Shown here: piece after piece, positions 44,891 through 56,344 of the stretch
How the letters are laid out: each line of letters starts with the position of its first letter
Position numbering within the stretch: the first letter of the stretch is position 1
From: Setoptus koraiensis
Lineage: Eukaryota > Animalia > Arthropoda
Direction of reading: 5' to 3'
NCBI GenBank assembly: GCA_048013815.1
Contig: CM106586.1
Location: 12,524,001 to 12,588,000 of the forward strand
Length of the DNA stretch: 64,000 bases
Program-made: the position numbers and the translations under genes
The notes under the pieces: generated by a model
Databases searched by the model: none
What the model saw: only the letters and a program-made list of their open reading frames with translations
What the model was told of the DNA's origin: nothing

Positions 44891-45136
44891 TAAATAGCAG
44901 CGAGTCAGTCGGGCAAATAGGATTACATCTTGTGTACCGACGATATGTCGACACACGAGATGTGTACGCACGTTCATTGATACTTGCTTACGTAATATTT
45001 ATCATTTTATTTGTTCACAGAAGATGCTTGAGATTTACATATTGCAAGATTTCGTTTGCTGACAGTTTGACGCGCAGTGTTGATGAGTCGTGTGTTTGTC
45101 GCGAGTTCCAATTGGTTTTAACTGAAACACTATCAC

Positions 45137-45322
45137 TCACATGTGTCTGAAGTTGCCAAAGTTGAGGCCGCTCTGATTGGCCCCCTTGTTTGTGCCGTAC
45201 TGGAGATTGATGATGGTGGCTCCCGCTTGCACTTGTTCATCAGTAAATTCCCTAATGTTCTCTTCGGATGGCTACGAGAATAAAATATGCGTGTATTTTG
45301 TACCAACAAATATGTTGTTTGT

Positions 45323-45361
<39 letters not shown>

Positions 45362-46579
45362 TTTGGTACGTCAAATGGGTTTTAGTGAATTGATATGGCC
45401 ACCACAGTTGGTTTGTAATGTGTAGTTTGTGTGTGATTTGTAATTGTTTATAATTGGTGCAAGGCGTAGTAACGGTGATATAACGTGCAACATACACAAG
45501 TCAGTTTTTTATGATTCATTTGGCTGCAGCGGCTCAATGGTGTGTGGTTGTTTATGTTGTTGTTTAATTGATTATGTGGAGTGTTATTTTAAACGTAACG
45601 CGATCATCATTGTATCGCGTCACATTTTATCATTCGTGGACGATTGGTGGACGCGGCGCGAAACAGGCACGGTTCGGAATAAAAGGCAACAGCAAACAAA
45701 CAAAAGATACAAACTTGGATGGTGAGCTTTGAGTCATTCATGAGAATTCATTCGTGTAATTAAATGTGTCGCATACGCGAATTGCAGCCAGTCGAGCGCA
45801 CAAGTCAGCAGAGCGGGCCAGCAATCAGTGTGTGTGTGTGTGTGTGTGTGTCACTCACCTTGGGTCCGAGGAAGGGCCCCTTGAAATCGGGTTTCAAGTA
45901 GCACTTTGGGTTGGTTTGGGTTTAGTTTTGGTTTTGGTGAGAGTGAGTTGGCACAATGAGAGCGAGTTAATTAGAGCACGTAATGATTACACAATGTTGG
46001 TGGTGGACTGTGTGGGTGTCGGGGATACTCACGGTTCTGCCCAGGGCCATTATGCACTGGGTGACAGCGGGGATGTTTCTCTTTTCGTACAGGTCCACTG
46101 TTTGGAAAACGTCCACGTCTGGCACACCGAAGGCCTTGCAAGCCGTTTGAAAGTTGTTGATGTTCTCCATGTCTTTGAATTGTCCACCGCCCGCGTTGAT
46201 CTTCGTCACGGAACCGGGCGACAATTTTTGGATTGCTCTGTCGATGCCATGAATGGCCGTTCATTGGGGTTGCATTGGGCATGATTAATCATTTGATTAC
46301 GATATCACAATGCTACGATATCACAATATCACAATATTGCGTCAGTCGGGCTCGCAACACAGAGAGCCGATGTAATGGCCAATATCTCGCGGTTACTCAC
46401 CTGCACAAAACCTGGCCGTCGCGTAACACGTCCTCGAATGTACCGGCGGGCAATTTCTGGCCCAGCACCGCCTCTATCCAGGCAAGGCATTCGGCCTCGA
46501 GCAGGGCGTCTCGCTTGCCCGCGATTTTGTTGGCCACTTGGGCGCTGAGACCGTACGCTGCACCTCTTGACGCCGACAT
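45137..46579 (-). CDS. Myophilin / muscle protein 20 (transgelin-calponin family), 187 aa; exons 46579-46401, 46237-46033, 45903-45859, 45271-45137
   Basis: GAAYGLSAQV, CH domain (LAWIEAVLG, LRDGQVLC, MENINNF, DVFQTVDLYEKRNI) and calponin repeat INLQYGTNKGANQSG. Three GT-AG introns give a 564-nt frame. Confidence 0.95.
45327..45360. repeat. (TG)17 microsatellite in myophilin intron 3
   Basis: Read directly. Confidence 0.9.
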
Positions 46580-47794
46580 GTTGCTATTAGTGGTATTAGT
46601 GGTGTGGTTTGGTTGTTTGTAATTGCGGTTTAGGGTCAACTTGATTAACTTGTCGTCGTCGTTGTTGCTGTCGGGCACTCGATTCTCGATTTATTTATAA
46701 AATGTTAAGCTCGATTGTGTTTGTTGTCGTCGGTTGTCTCGGCACTGTGATGAAACTAAGCTGGCGCGCAATCTGTCTAATGCAAGCACACTGTCATAAG
46801 GCACCGCTTAAGCATAATCCGATCGTCGTTTGCAATCCGCTTATATACTTACATGTATTAATTGTGTTGATTGTTGCAGTTGTGGCTCGCTTGCGCGCCC
46901 CTCGTCTCGTCGAGCCGCACAGCATCGGGCCCCGCAGCCCCGCCACGCAGCCCGATAGGCCAATTCCGCAATGCTAATGACTCACCGAGACCCCACAACA
47001 ACGGCAACAACAACAACGGCAGCAATAGCAACGACAACAACGACAGCGGCAGCGACGGCCGCAACAACCGCAGCGCCCCTCGCAGATGCAACATGTAACA
47101 AGGAATTAAAGCGAATTTGCATTGTGCATGCTAATGCAATCGAATTGACTCTGTCACAACTCTTTGGCGTGTTCTTTTGCATATACAGCGATAAAGAAGG
47201 CGACAGAGTGTAAAGGTAACGGAGTTGTTTACTCCGTTTTACCATATTTGGATGCCGCTCTAGCTAGTGCAACTCGCTGCCGAGTCACTAGCGAGCGACA
47301 AGACAGTCGATAGTGACAGTTGCCGAGCGCATAGGGCTTATTTTGAGTGCACCGAGATAATCGCGCTTACGTAACTTTGAGCCCCGATAGCGTGGCGCTG
47401 CAAGCGCGCAAGTTCAATGCCATGTCTCCGTAGTTTTGAAAGGCTTTATTTGGGCCTACAACGCTGAGCCGCGAGCCCCGGGCGAGACAGAGTTGCCCCC
47501 GCGAGGGCGCCCTGCCTAGTCGTCTGATCAGTCATCAAATTGAATCTGTCAGGCAATTACAGCGACTAGTTCCATTGCACCGATCGAGCTGGCAAGCGGG
47601 CATGTTGACTCCATATAATACAACATATCTCCATATAATAGAACAGATAATCAGCCAAACGAGCCAGATATTGCAGGAGCGGCAGATATGGCAAATGTAG
47701 CAGATATTGGGAATATTGCGGACGGTGCAAATGGTGGATAAATGAAATATGTAGCGATTGGCGACGGAAAAGAGAGCGGATTTCGTGAGTCTCC

Positions 47795-47893
47795 GATTCG
47801 AAGACTCGAACATTCGAACATTCGAAGACGCGAAGATTCGAAGACGCGAAGATTCGATCGAAAACTCAAAGATTCGCAAGACTCGCGAGACGC
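47795..47893. repeat. 8-bp CpG-rich minisatellite (GATTCGAA/GACGCGAA variants, at least 8 units)
   Basis: Read directly. Confidence 0.8.
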
Positions 47894-48087
47894 GCAACAG
47901 TGCGCAAACGTTTCAGTCGCGTTTGGTATGCAAATAGTGTGTTTATTGTAATGTAGTTTAGTTGTTGGTCGATTCGCGCAACTCGTCGCCGGTTATTCTT
48001 GCTCGGTAATGTACATGTCTCATTAGGTTCGATTGAGGTCAACAGAAATAGAGTGACAGTTTGCAGTTTTTAATTGGTTGCGGCGCG

Positions 48088-51000
48088 CTAACCCTGCGAA
48101 CTGGAGCTGGGGTGTGTGATGTGTTGCATTAATTGCGAGGCTGGCATCAGTAGACCTAGGGTCTGCAATATCTGAATTAGAAACATTATACTCTTTAAGA
48201 ATACGGGCACAAACAATGCGCCCAAAATTAATGGCATAACCATTATAACTAGAACAGGTATTAACACGAGCCTCCAGTCGAAGCCGCCCGAGCCGGCCAC
48301 CAGGGGCGACTGCACAAAGGGTCCCCTGTTGCCGTTGACCAGCAGTACGGGCCGGCCGTTCCAGCCGCCCGCAAACCCGTTGCCCACTAGACCGTTTGGC
48401 CAGCCCAGCTGATTGAAGCCGTTGCCCACTAGGCCGTTGGGTACGGCCGTTATTTGTATTGTTTGCGGGGCCTGCTGATAATCGTCCTCCTGGTTTTGCG
48501 TATCCGACCACATCGGGTCCGTTGAGCTAGTTGGATTGGACGAGGACGCCACCAAATGGGACGCGGCGCCACTTCCGCTCGCATGATTGGCCCGTCTGCT
48601 CGTCTGGCCGCCACTTGTGTGGGCGCTCGTCGCGCTCGGGCCCACCAATGTGTCATCGAAATGCTGCTGACTGTTGGCGCCGCCCGAGGCTGTGCGAAAT
48701 CTCACCTGGCCGCCAGAGGACGTCGAGTGCGCGTTTACCACTCTACCAATGCGATGATGATTGTGCTGCGACGATTGATGATGCTGATGCTGGCCGCCGC
48801 CGGGCCCCAAATGACTGGCCAGCGGCGTGTAAGCGTATATGGGGGCCGCCGCCGACGACGGGGCCAGCGCGATCGGGGTACCGGGCGCGGCCGCGCTGTA
48901 GATGGCGGAGGCGCCCAGCGGCGCGTAAGCGCTCACCGACTGGGCCAGCGGCTGAACGGCCACCGAGGTCCCGTATTGGGCCGGCTGCTGACTGTAGTGG
49001 GTGCCTAGGTGATTGTGCGGATCGTAGTGATGATAGGCGCCCGTCGAGGTGTAGAAATTGCTAGGATTGGCCAGTTGTAGTGTTGCGTAACCCGCCGCCT
49101 GCTGCTGCTGCGGCTGGTGATGATGCACCCCAGTGGCGGCCGGAACTATGTAGTAGCCAGGCTGGTGATAGATGCGCCGGGTTTTGATGCTGCGAAAAGC
49201 GGCCCCATTGTTGCTATGTGACGATCCGTGGCTGGCCGTGTTCACCGACGATCCGGCCGTGTCGCCCTGCAGCGGCCCGTCGCTGTCGTAATTGTAAAAT
49301 GTGTCCTCTGCCGCGGACCCCGTGTCGCTTCTAGACGGTTGCTGCAGCATGAGCGGCCTGGAGGGGCCCGTGAATCGGCGCGCAATGGACGCTTGCGGGG
49401 CCCTGTCGTACGGCCTCGATTGGAGTCTCGGCGCGGCGGTGGTCATGTCATAGTGGTTGTTTTGTTGATAGTTGTCGGTCTGACCGGCCCATTGTTGTTG
49501 CGGTTGCGCGTCGTCGTAAGTGGGCTTGATGGTCGACGATTTAATTTGCAAATTCCTGTTTCCGGTGCCGGCTCGCGAGCTCGCCAGGCCTCGATTGGCC
49601 GACGCCATGCTGTGCGGATAATAACTGTCCTGCCTCATGTCCAATCTGGTGTGGGGCGCCGGCGTGGTGGCGTGCGAGTCGTATCTGGCCGTTCTCATGT
49701 TGCCGTGAGAATGAGCGGTGCTGGCCCCATTTGACCCGTTGTGGCGGTTCGTCCTGCGCCTGCTTCGCTGGTCGTCGCCATAATAGCCGTTGTAATTGTT
49801 GTTGCTGTTTCCGTTTCCGGTGTTGTCGTTGTCCGCGGACTGGTCTTGGGACGAATAGGGGCCGGTGAGATCGGGCGCTCGCGACGTCGTATGGCGCAAA
49901 CTGTCCGAAGTGGTGACATTGGCGCCCCCGTACATCGAAGTGGCGCCCGGCGAGTCAAGCTCATAAGTAGCCGGGGGTTCGGGCAGCATGTTCGAACTGT
50001 AGGTGGAGCCAGCGTACTTATTCTTGCCTATATTGCCGTTATTATTCATGCTGTTCGGGTATTTTGCTTGTCCGCCGTTGATTGCGCCCTCCTTGCCACT
50101 GGTCGGGCCGGCCGCGTTATCGCCGCTCGACTGGCCCCTCGGGTTGGACACGCCCATCATGGTGGACAGTTGAATGTCGGCCAGATTTTCGCCCACTGTG
50201 GGCCGCGACAATTGGTCGCCCCCATCGAAGGTGTATTTCGAGCTGGCCACGCCAGAGGGAGTGAACAGGTGCTCCGACGAAGAGTTGTTATGTTTGGCGC
50301 CGTTGTTGCCAGCCGCCGCATCGGAGCCCGCTGCGTCGGACGCGGGCCCCATTTCCGGTTGCTGGTCGGACGGATTGAAGGGCGCGTCGATTGAGTTGGC
50401 CGGCGGCCCCTCCATGTCGTTGGAGGTCAGATCGGTGCTCGTCGACGACGACGACGATATTTCGTCGCTGTCGCCCCCGTTGCCGCTGTTGCCACTGTTG
50501 GAGCTGGCAAACTGACCGTTGTTGTTGTTGTTGTTGTTGCTGCTGCTGCTGTCGCTGAGCGAGTTGTGGTTTGTTGGCGCCGGAAAGTCGAACTGGGCGG
50601 AAGTGACGCCGGTGCGGTTGTGGTGCGGATAGTTGTGCTGGGCCAGTCTGCCGGTGGCTTGCTTGCTCGCCCCCTTGGTGTTGGCGCCTCGGGTCCCGGA
50701 TGAGGCGTCAGCGCGCCGGTTCGCGGCCGACCGCTTGGACTTTTGTTGCTGGTGCTCGTCGTCGTGTTGTTGTTGGTCAGCCGCGAACTCGTCGGCCCGG
50801 CTCGAAGGTGCGAAATTAATTGGATCGTCTTCGTCGTCACTGGCATCACTAGCGGTGCTGTTTTTCGCGGCAGATTCGTGGCTGTTGCTGCTGCTACTGT
50901 CATACGACGCAAACGATGGCTCGTCGTCGCCGCCGCCGCTTCCGGTCTGATCGCGCCCGCCTGTCACCTGTGCCGAACTGGCTGTGGGCGCTGCAAGTGG

Positions 51001-51798
51001 CTGCGAGTGGCCGCTGTGCAAGTTGTGCAAGTTGTGCAAGTTGTGCAAGTTGTGCATATCTCTGCGATTACTGGACGGTATAACGGAACTGATTGACGGA
51101 ATTGATTTGTGTAGCTGCTGCTGTTGAGATCGCGTTATGTAAGTGGCGCCGTTATGTAGGGGCGCCGCCGAATCGGCGTCGTAGTCGCCGGGCTTTATGT
51201 CTCGCTTGAGGGGCCGATATTTGGGATTTTTGGTAGTTTCGCTAGGGTGCAGCGTGGCGTGGAGAGGGCCAGTGTCAGCAGTCGCAGTGTGATTTGTTTT
51301 GTGATTGTTGTGATAATTTGTTGGCGCCGCTTTTGTGTGGGGCTCGTGCGTCGGATAATTGGCTGCTGCTCTCGTCGCGATTTTGTTCAGCACCAACGGA
51401 TGCGGTCTGAACTGGGTCGCGGCCACCGCTGGCGGCGGCACTATGGAGTCTTCGTAAGTGGACACTGTTGTTGTGGTTGTCGTTGTGGTTGTCGGTGTCG
51501 TTGTTGGTGCTTGCGTTGTGTCGTGTATGAACGGTATGGCAATCTGATTAGATGATGATACTGACATTTGGAGATGCGGCTGCTGCGAGCTGCATTCGAT
51601 TGTTGATAACTCTCTTCTAGTTGTTGAAATAATTACTACTACTACTGATGTGAAATATATAACAATTTTTTTATATGCAACAAGTTGCATGCTGGGCCCA
51701 TGCGACGGCGCCGACACTCTGAGGCCCCCATTGGCGGCCGGCTCACAGTGGCAGTGATTTCTATTTGCAGTGTTTCTATTTGGCAGTTTCTTCTTCAT
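48088..51798 (-). CDS. Large low-complexity (S/N/T/G/H/Y-rich) protein, ~1200-1240 aa, with N-terminal hydrophobic segment and C-terminal TM hairpin; function unknown
   Basis: Stop-free frame over 3.7 kb. Hydrophobic IVIYFTSVVVVIIS after Met at 51690. C-terminal LVLIPVLVIMVMPLILGALFVPVFLKSIMFLIQILQTLGLL. True start uncertain (51798, 51690 or an upstream exon). Confidence 0.8.
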   Translation of the reverse strand: MKKKLPNRNTANRNHCHCEPAANGGLRVSAPSHGPSMQLVAYKKIVIYFTSVVVVIISTTRRELSTIECSSQQPHLQMSVSSSNQIAIPFIHDTTQAPTTTPTTTTTTTTTVSTYEDSIVPPPAVAATQFRPHPLVLNKIATRAAANYPTHEPHTKAAPTNYHNNHKTNHTATADTGPLHATLHPSETTKNPKYRPLKRDIKPGDYDADSAAPLHNGATYITRSQQQQLHKSIPSISSVIPSSNRRDMHNLHNLHNLHNLHSGHSQPLAAPTASSAQVTGGRDQTGSGGGDDEPSFASYDSSSSNSHESAAKNSTASDASDDEDDPINFAPSSRADEFAADQQQHDDEHQQQKSKRSAANRRADASSGTRGANTKGASKQATGRLAQHNYPHHNRTGVTSAQFDFPAPTNHNSLSDSSSSNNNNNNNGQFASSNSGNSGNGGDSDEISSSSSTSTDLTSNDMEGPPANSIDAPFNPSDQQPEMGPASDAAGSDAAAGNNGAKHNNSSSEHLFTPSGVASSKYTFDGGDQLSRPTVGENLADIQLSTMMGVSNPRGQSSGDNAAGPTSGKEGAINGGQAKYPNSMNNNGNIGKNKYAGSTYSSNMLPEPPATYELDSPGATSMYGGANVTTSDSLRHTTSRAPDLTGPYSSQDQSADNDNTGNGNSNNNYNGYYGDDQRSRRRTNRHNGSNGASTAHSHGNMRTARYDSHATTPAPHTRLDMRQDSYYPHSMASANRGLASSRAGTGNRNLQIKSSTIKPTYDDAQPQQQWAGQTDNYQQNNHYDMTTAAPRLQSRPYDRAPQASIARRFTGPSRPLMLQQPSRSDTGSAAEDTFYNYDSDGPLQGDTAGSSVNTASHGSSHSNNGAAFRSIKTRRIYHQPGYYIVPAATGVHHHQPQQQQAAGYATLQLANPSNFYTSTGAYHHYDPHNHLGTHYSQQPAQYGTSVAVQPLAQSVSAYAPLGASAIYSAAAPGTPIALAPSSAAAPIYAYTPLASHLGPGGGQHQHHQSSQHNHHRIGRVVNAHSTSSGGQVRFRTASGGANSQQHFDDTLVGPSATSAHTSGGQTSRRANHASGSGAASHLVASSSNPTSSTDPMWSDTQNQEDDYQQAPQTIQITAVPNGLVGNGFNQLGWPNGLVGNGFAGGWNGRPVLLVNGNRGPFVQSPLVAGSGGFDWRLVLIPVLVIMVMPLILGALFVPVFLKSIMFLIQILQTLGLLMPASQLMQHITHPSSSSQG

Positions 51799-52308
51799 GG
51801 TGACGGCGGCGATCGGGGCGACAGGGCTAGTGGGGCGATTGGGGCGATTGTTGGGCCGCAAATTATGTAACTAAATGTCGTTGTATTGCGGTGTGATTCT
51901 CGTGTGATTGCTTGCTGCTGTCGGTTGTCTATTGCTGGGCTGGTGCGCTTGCGAACGGGGCCGCATTTGTCGTTTGTCTGTTTGTTTGTGTGCCCCGTTT
52001 TGTTGTTTGCTGGCTTGTTTTTGTGTAACTTTGCGACTGGTGCGATATGACGCGATAATGTCTGATTAGCAGCGGCCCGTTGGGGCCGGTTGACGGCGAC
52101 GGGGCTCGTTCATGTTTCCGGTGGCGAGTCGATTGCGGGTCGGTGGCGAGTCGGTTGCGGGTGGGTTGCGAGTCGGTGCGCGTCGATCCGGGCGAGTGCT
52201 GCGAAACTGCCGATGTGCCACTGACCGAGAGACGGCGAATTTAATTAAAACTGGAGCTTCCTCTGTCGCATTTGCATGACTGCTCACTGTCAATATGCGA
52301 TCTGTATG

Positions 52309-52404
52309 CTGTTGCGAATATGGCTGCGAATATCGCTGCGAATATTGTTGTGGATATTGCTGCGAATATTGCTGCGAATATTGTTGTGGATATTGTTGTG
52401 GATG
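52309..52404. repeat. 12-bp minisatellite x8 (TTGCTGCGAATA / TTGTTGTGGATA)
   Basis: Units counted directly. Confidence 0.9.
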
Positions 52405-54586
52405 TTATAGTTGGCCGGTGGCCGCGATGATGATATAACTTTTGTTTGTGGTGCAGTGATTGACTCGCTGTGATTTATTGACTCGCTGTGATTTATTGTG
52501 TCGGTGCGATATCTCATCTGAGAATGTCGATCGGCGCTCGCCAATGGATGCGATGCAAGCCAGTGGCAATTTCGAGCTGCTGGCCGGTGTCAGGTTGTTG
52601 TCGTGTTACGCTGAGCGGCGCATTGTCATTTCTGGCTACCTGTTGCCGATGCGTTGTTATACGTCGTTTTGCCTAGCGACTGTGACCGAGTTTATTATTG
52701 AATTTGCTTACCATGCTCACCTTCGAAAAAAAAAACACTAGCGATGCGCCAAACAAAGGCGTGCGAAGATGTGTTGCGATTATTTCATAGAGAAAACTTG
52801 CCAGCATCACAGTGTGCCGATATGATGCAAACATTGAAACCTAATTGTTATATCCGTTACTCTTGACACGGCCGTTCTTTGCCTTGGACAGCCTGTTCGC
52901 TAGCTGGCTGGCCGGCTTTCTTTCACGGCTTCGTCAATGTCAGCGCTGCCCATGTCACACAACGGTGCGAACAACGGCAAGCACCAATAACGGTTTTATT
53001 CTTTTGGCGCCGTCTCCTCCCTCGCTCGCCGCTACCTGTCGACGGTACCTGTGCTGCTATACACTGTTATATATACACTGTTACACTGATACACTGTTAT
53101 ATGTGATACGCTGTTGTAATGTTATGACGCAACCGATGAAACTTTTGTCGCCGTCGTGAGCCCAAAGAACGAGAACGCCAACATAAATAGACATAAAGAT
53201 GATTGTGCTGATGACACTAAAGATGATACACTCACCGGCACCGATGACCACTGACTCTAACTGGCGCTGCCGGACACTGGCGTTGCTGCCACAACAATGT
53301 TGTTAGCGGCTGCTGTTGCCGCTGTTGTTGTTGTTGTCGCTGTTGTTGTTGTCGCCGCTGTTGTTGTTGTTGGTGCTGCTACTGGTAGCCGGCGACAAAT
53401 GACCAATCAAACAGGTTGTGGTGTGAGAAAATTCGATCGCGGCACAACAATCCTCAAGCTATCGGTTGTTGTTCCTTTTATTCCGTGTTCGCCAGTGATC
53501 CTAGTTAACACCTCTCAAATTGAGAGTCTCAATGGGCTGTGTTTTGTATTTGGCGAGCACCGGCCAGCGAAAAGTTTTGTATCGACTGGCCGATCGGCAG
53601 CGGCCAGCAGCGAAAAGAACAAGTCATTGTCTATGGCCACACTCGACAAAAGAACACTTGAATTGTCGCGTATCAGCGTATATGATACGCTGATGTCCAG
53701 CCGCCAGTTCGGCCACAATGCCTGCACTGATCCGATCCGCTTCGATCCTATCACCGTCCATTGAAACGCGATGCGAACAAGCTCCGCCGACACACACTGG
53801 AAAGGAGGAAAAATTCCTCACTGTTAGGCCTAATTATTATGTGTGATCTGTTGCCAGATCGGCGTTGTCAGATCCGCCAGATCGAGCCAATCGAGCAACA
53901 ATCGCTCTTGTTGTTGTTGTCGCCGTCAACTGTGCGCCATTGTCGATTGTAGCAGGTTGTCATTGTTAGAGAGCGACAACAACAACAACTGACCAATCGT
54001 TCACCAGCCAACAACGGCAACAACAGCATCAACAGCGAACACACAACAAGTGTCGAAATAAATATTAGGTGTGTTAACTGGCCAACTAGTCTAGACGACA
54101 AAATAGAATAAGAGATAATACAACAAAATAAGTTAAGATAAAATAAAGTCAATGCGGCGACAAAGATAACTGCCTGTAACCGGCAAATATCACTATCGCC
54201 GATTATCTGCTGCCCAAATCAGCATGCATTCGCACAAAAAACAAAGATGCTAGCTCACCTGTTGTTACCTGTTACCTGTTGCGCTGGCCACTGCTGACAA
54301 CAGGACAACAACTGTGTCAACTCGATCATTTTGTTTGTCGCCGTTTGTCTCGGCGCCGCCGCCGCGGCAGCAGCAGCAGCAGTTAGCGGCCATCAATCGA
54401 TTTGTGCGTTATGTCTCAGTTAGTCTGGGCGGGTGGCCCAGAAACATAAACTGTTGACCGTCTAACTGGCCGTCACTTTGATACACTTATCACCGCACAC
54501 CGTTGCGTCACAGTGCGCTATACATACCTGGCTATTTTCTCTCATTTTTGCTAGAAATTCATGCACTCAAAGCAACGCTGACTTAC

Positions 54587-56050
54587 CTGTCCCGATATCG
54601 AATGCCTCCAATAGATATGAATACCTCGAGTGCGCCAACTGACCTTGAGAGCCCTCGTCACCAATCAGGACTGTAATAATAGTAATAGTGATAATTTGTA
54701 ATGAGCGTACTCGTGCTCAATGTGGCGCCTTCGCCGTCCCCCCAAAAAAGCGGGCCGCTACCACTTGCATCGGGATGGCCCAAATTGCGCACAATAATCA
54801 ATGCTCATTGTCGTAATCAATGAATCAGACAACCAATCTAGGGCCATGACGAGCAAAGGGCATCGCCTAGGCGCGGTGCCCAATGCAGAGGCAACTTTCT
54901 TACCATTTAATAGGGTCGCAAGCGCGCTTTTGTCATCATAGAAACCGTTGCAAATGTGTCGCATCACTCACTCTTGTTGAATAAAAAAACGATCCAGAGA
55001 AATTGGAATCTAGATCCAGATAACTGGCAGGCACATAAACCAAATGGCAGTTTATCGAATGTGACTAGTGAATACATTAGTCAACAAAAAACTCCTCCAA
55101 TGAAAATCCATTGAAAGAGGTTTTTTTCTATTTTCTGCAACTCTCTCTGGCCTTCTTCCGAGACTGCCAGTTCTGACAAGATTTTCACGGTTTGGACCAT
55201 CGCTCGCGACAATCGCCCTGGAAACAGATATCCATGTGGCAGCACTGGGGGACTTTCAGCATCTCCCTTGATTAATCTGTTATTTACAAATGACACGACA
55301 AGCAACAGGAACCTCTCTAGGCCGTTCGTGTGTGCTCGCTGATGAGAGTAGGATTGCAAACATTTCAGAAAGGAAATATCTCTCGGAAGGCGTTGCTCTC
55401 GCTTCGTCTAGTTTAGTCCTTTCGAAATTTCGCAGTCAGAGAAAACAACAAAGAATCAGACACTGGTTCGGCCACTCACTTAAGTGTCACTTAATTGCGA
55501 CAAAGTCTAAACGCGAAAAATGAAATTGATGAGGCCCTCCAATCGAAAGCGACTCAAGCGCCCATGGGATAGAAATCGGCACCGATATCGCGGATTTCGG
55601 TGCACTGCACTCTCGACGACAGCAAATTTTTATCGACACTTCATATTCGTCCACACGGATGCTTGTCTGATGCAGTTTTGTCGAAACGTTTCCTGTCGAC
55701 ACGACATTGTTGGCGAAATGAGTAAATAAATAAATCATTCATACATGTCGAGCATTACGGATGTCAAATGTTTTTCTTAGAACGAGCTTTTCATTTGATA
55801 ATCTCTGACGAAAATTGGCGCTATCTGGTCGCCTGATTCCATGAATATAACTCGAATTGAGCAATCTAATAGATGCGACAAACCCCTAATAGGCATCAGG
55901 CTGGCTCCGAACAAAAGGTTCCGAGTTATTTCTCAGCGAGGATTGATTAGTCCACTAATTAAAAAGTTTCTGGGACAACTCTATTTCCGGCCTGTCTGAA
56001 GCATGCATCAGGCCCTGTTCGGCAAACAATCCACGGTGAATTTCGTCCTA
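54587..56050 (-). pseudogene. Fragmented beta-catenin-like protein 1 (CTNNBL1, Prp19/CDC5L spliceosomal complex) relic
   Basis: About ten collinear motif matches across shifting frames: MH..RPEI, GLSHLLDCSIRV, QNCIR/VDE/SV, ADFYP, EGLINFIFR, RYFLSEMFAILL, EKNLF, LCAC/LDLDSN, LLNGKK, LIGDEG. In-frame TAA at 55779-55777. Confidence 0.55.
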
Positions 56051-56344
56051 CGGATAACGATCGAGCAAGTCAAATTTAGTGTCGACAGAAATATGCTGTC
56101 GACGAGAATTTCGGATTGTCAATCGTTTCGTTGCCCGAAACACTGCACCGTTACGCAATAAAAAGTGCTGCCAAAAATAAAGAGGCGTGCCTATCGCTCA
56201 GCTGACTTGTGTTTACATTTTATCGACATTGTTCATTCGCACTCGCCGGGCAAAATAGATGGGAGAGGAACCGATACAGTGAAAGATTACAACTGTAAAA
56301 CTAACAATAACAACATTAATAATAAATTATTAGTATGCGGATAA

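Noticed and set aside
48450-51870. Numerous plus-strand and alternate-frame ORFs of 60-217 aa
   Set aside because: Shadows of the GC-rich long minus-strand CDS.
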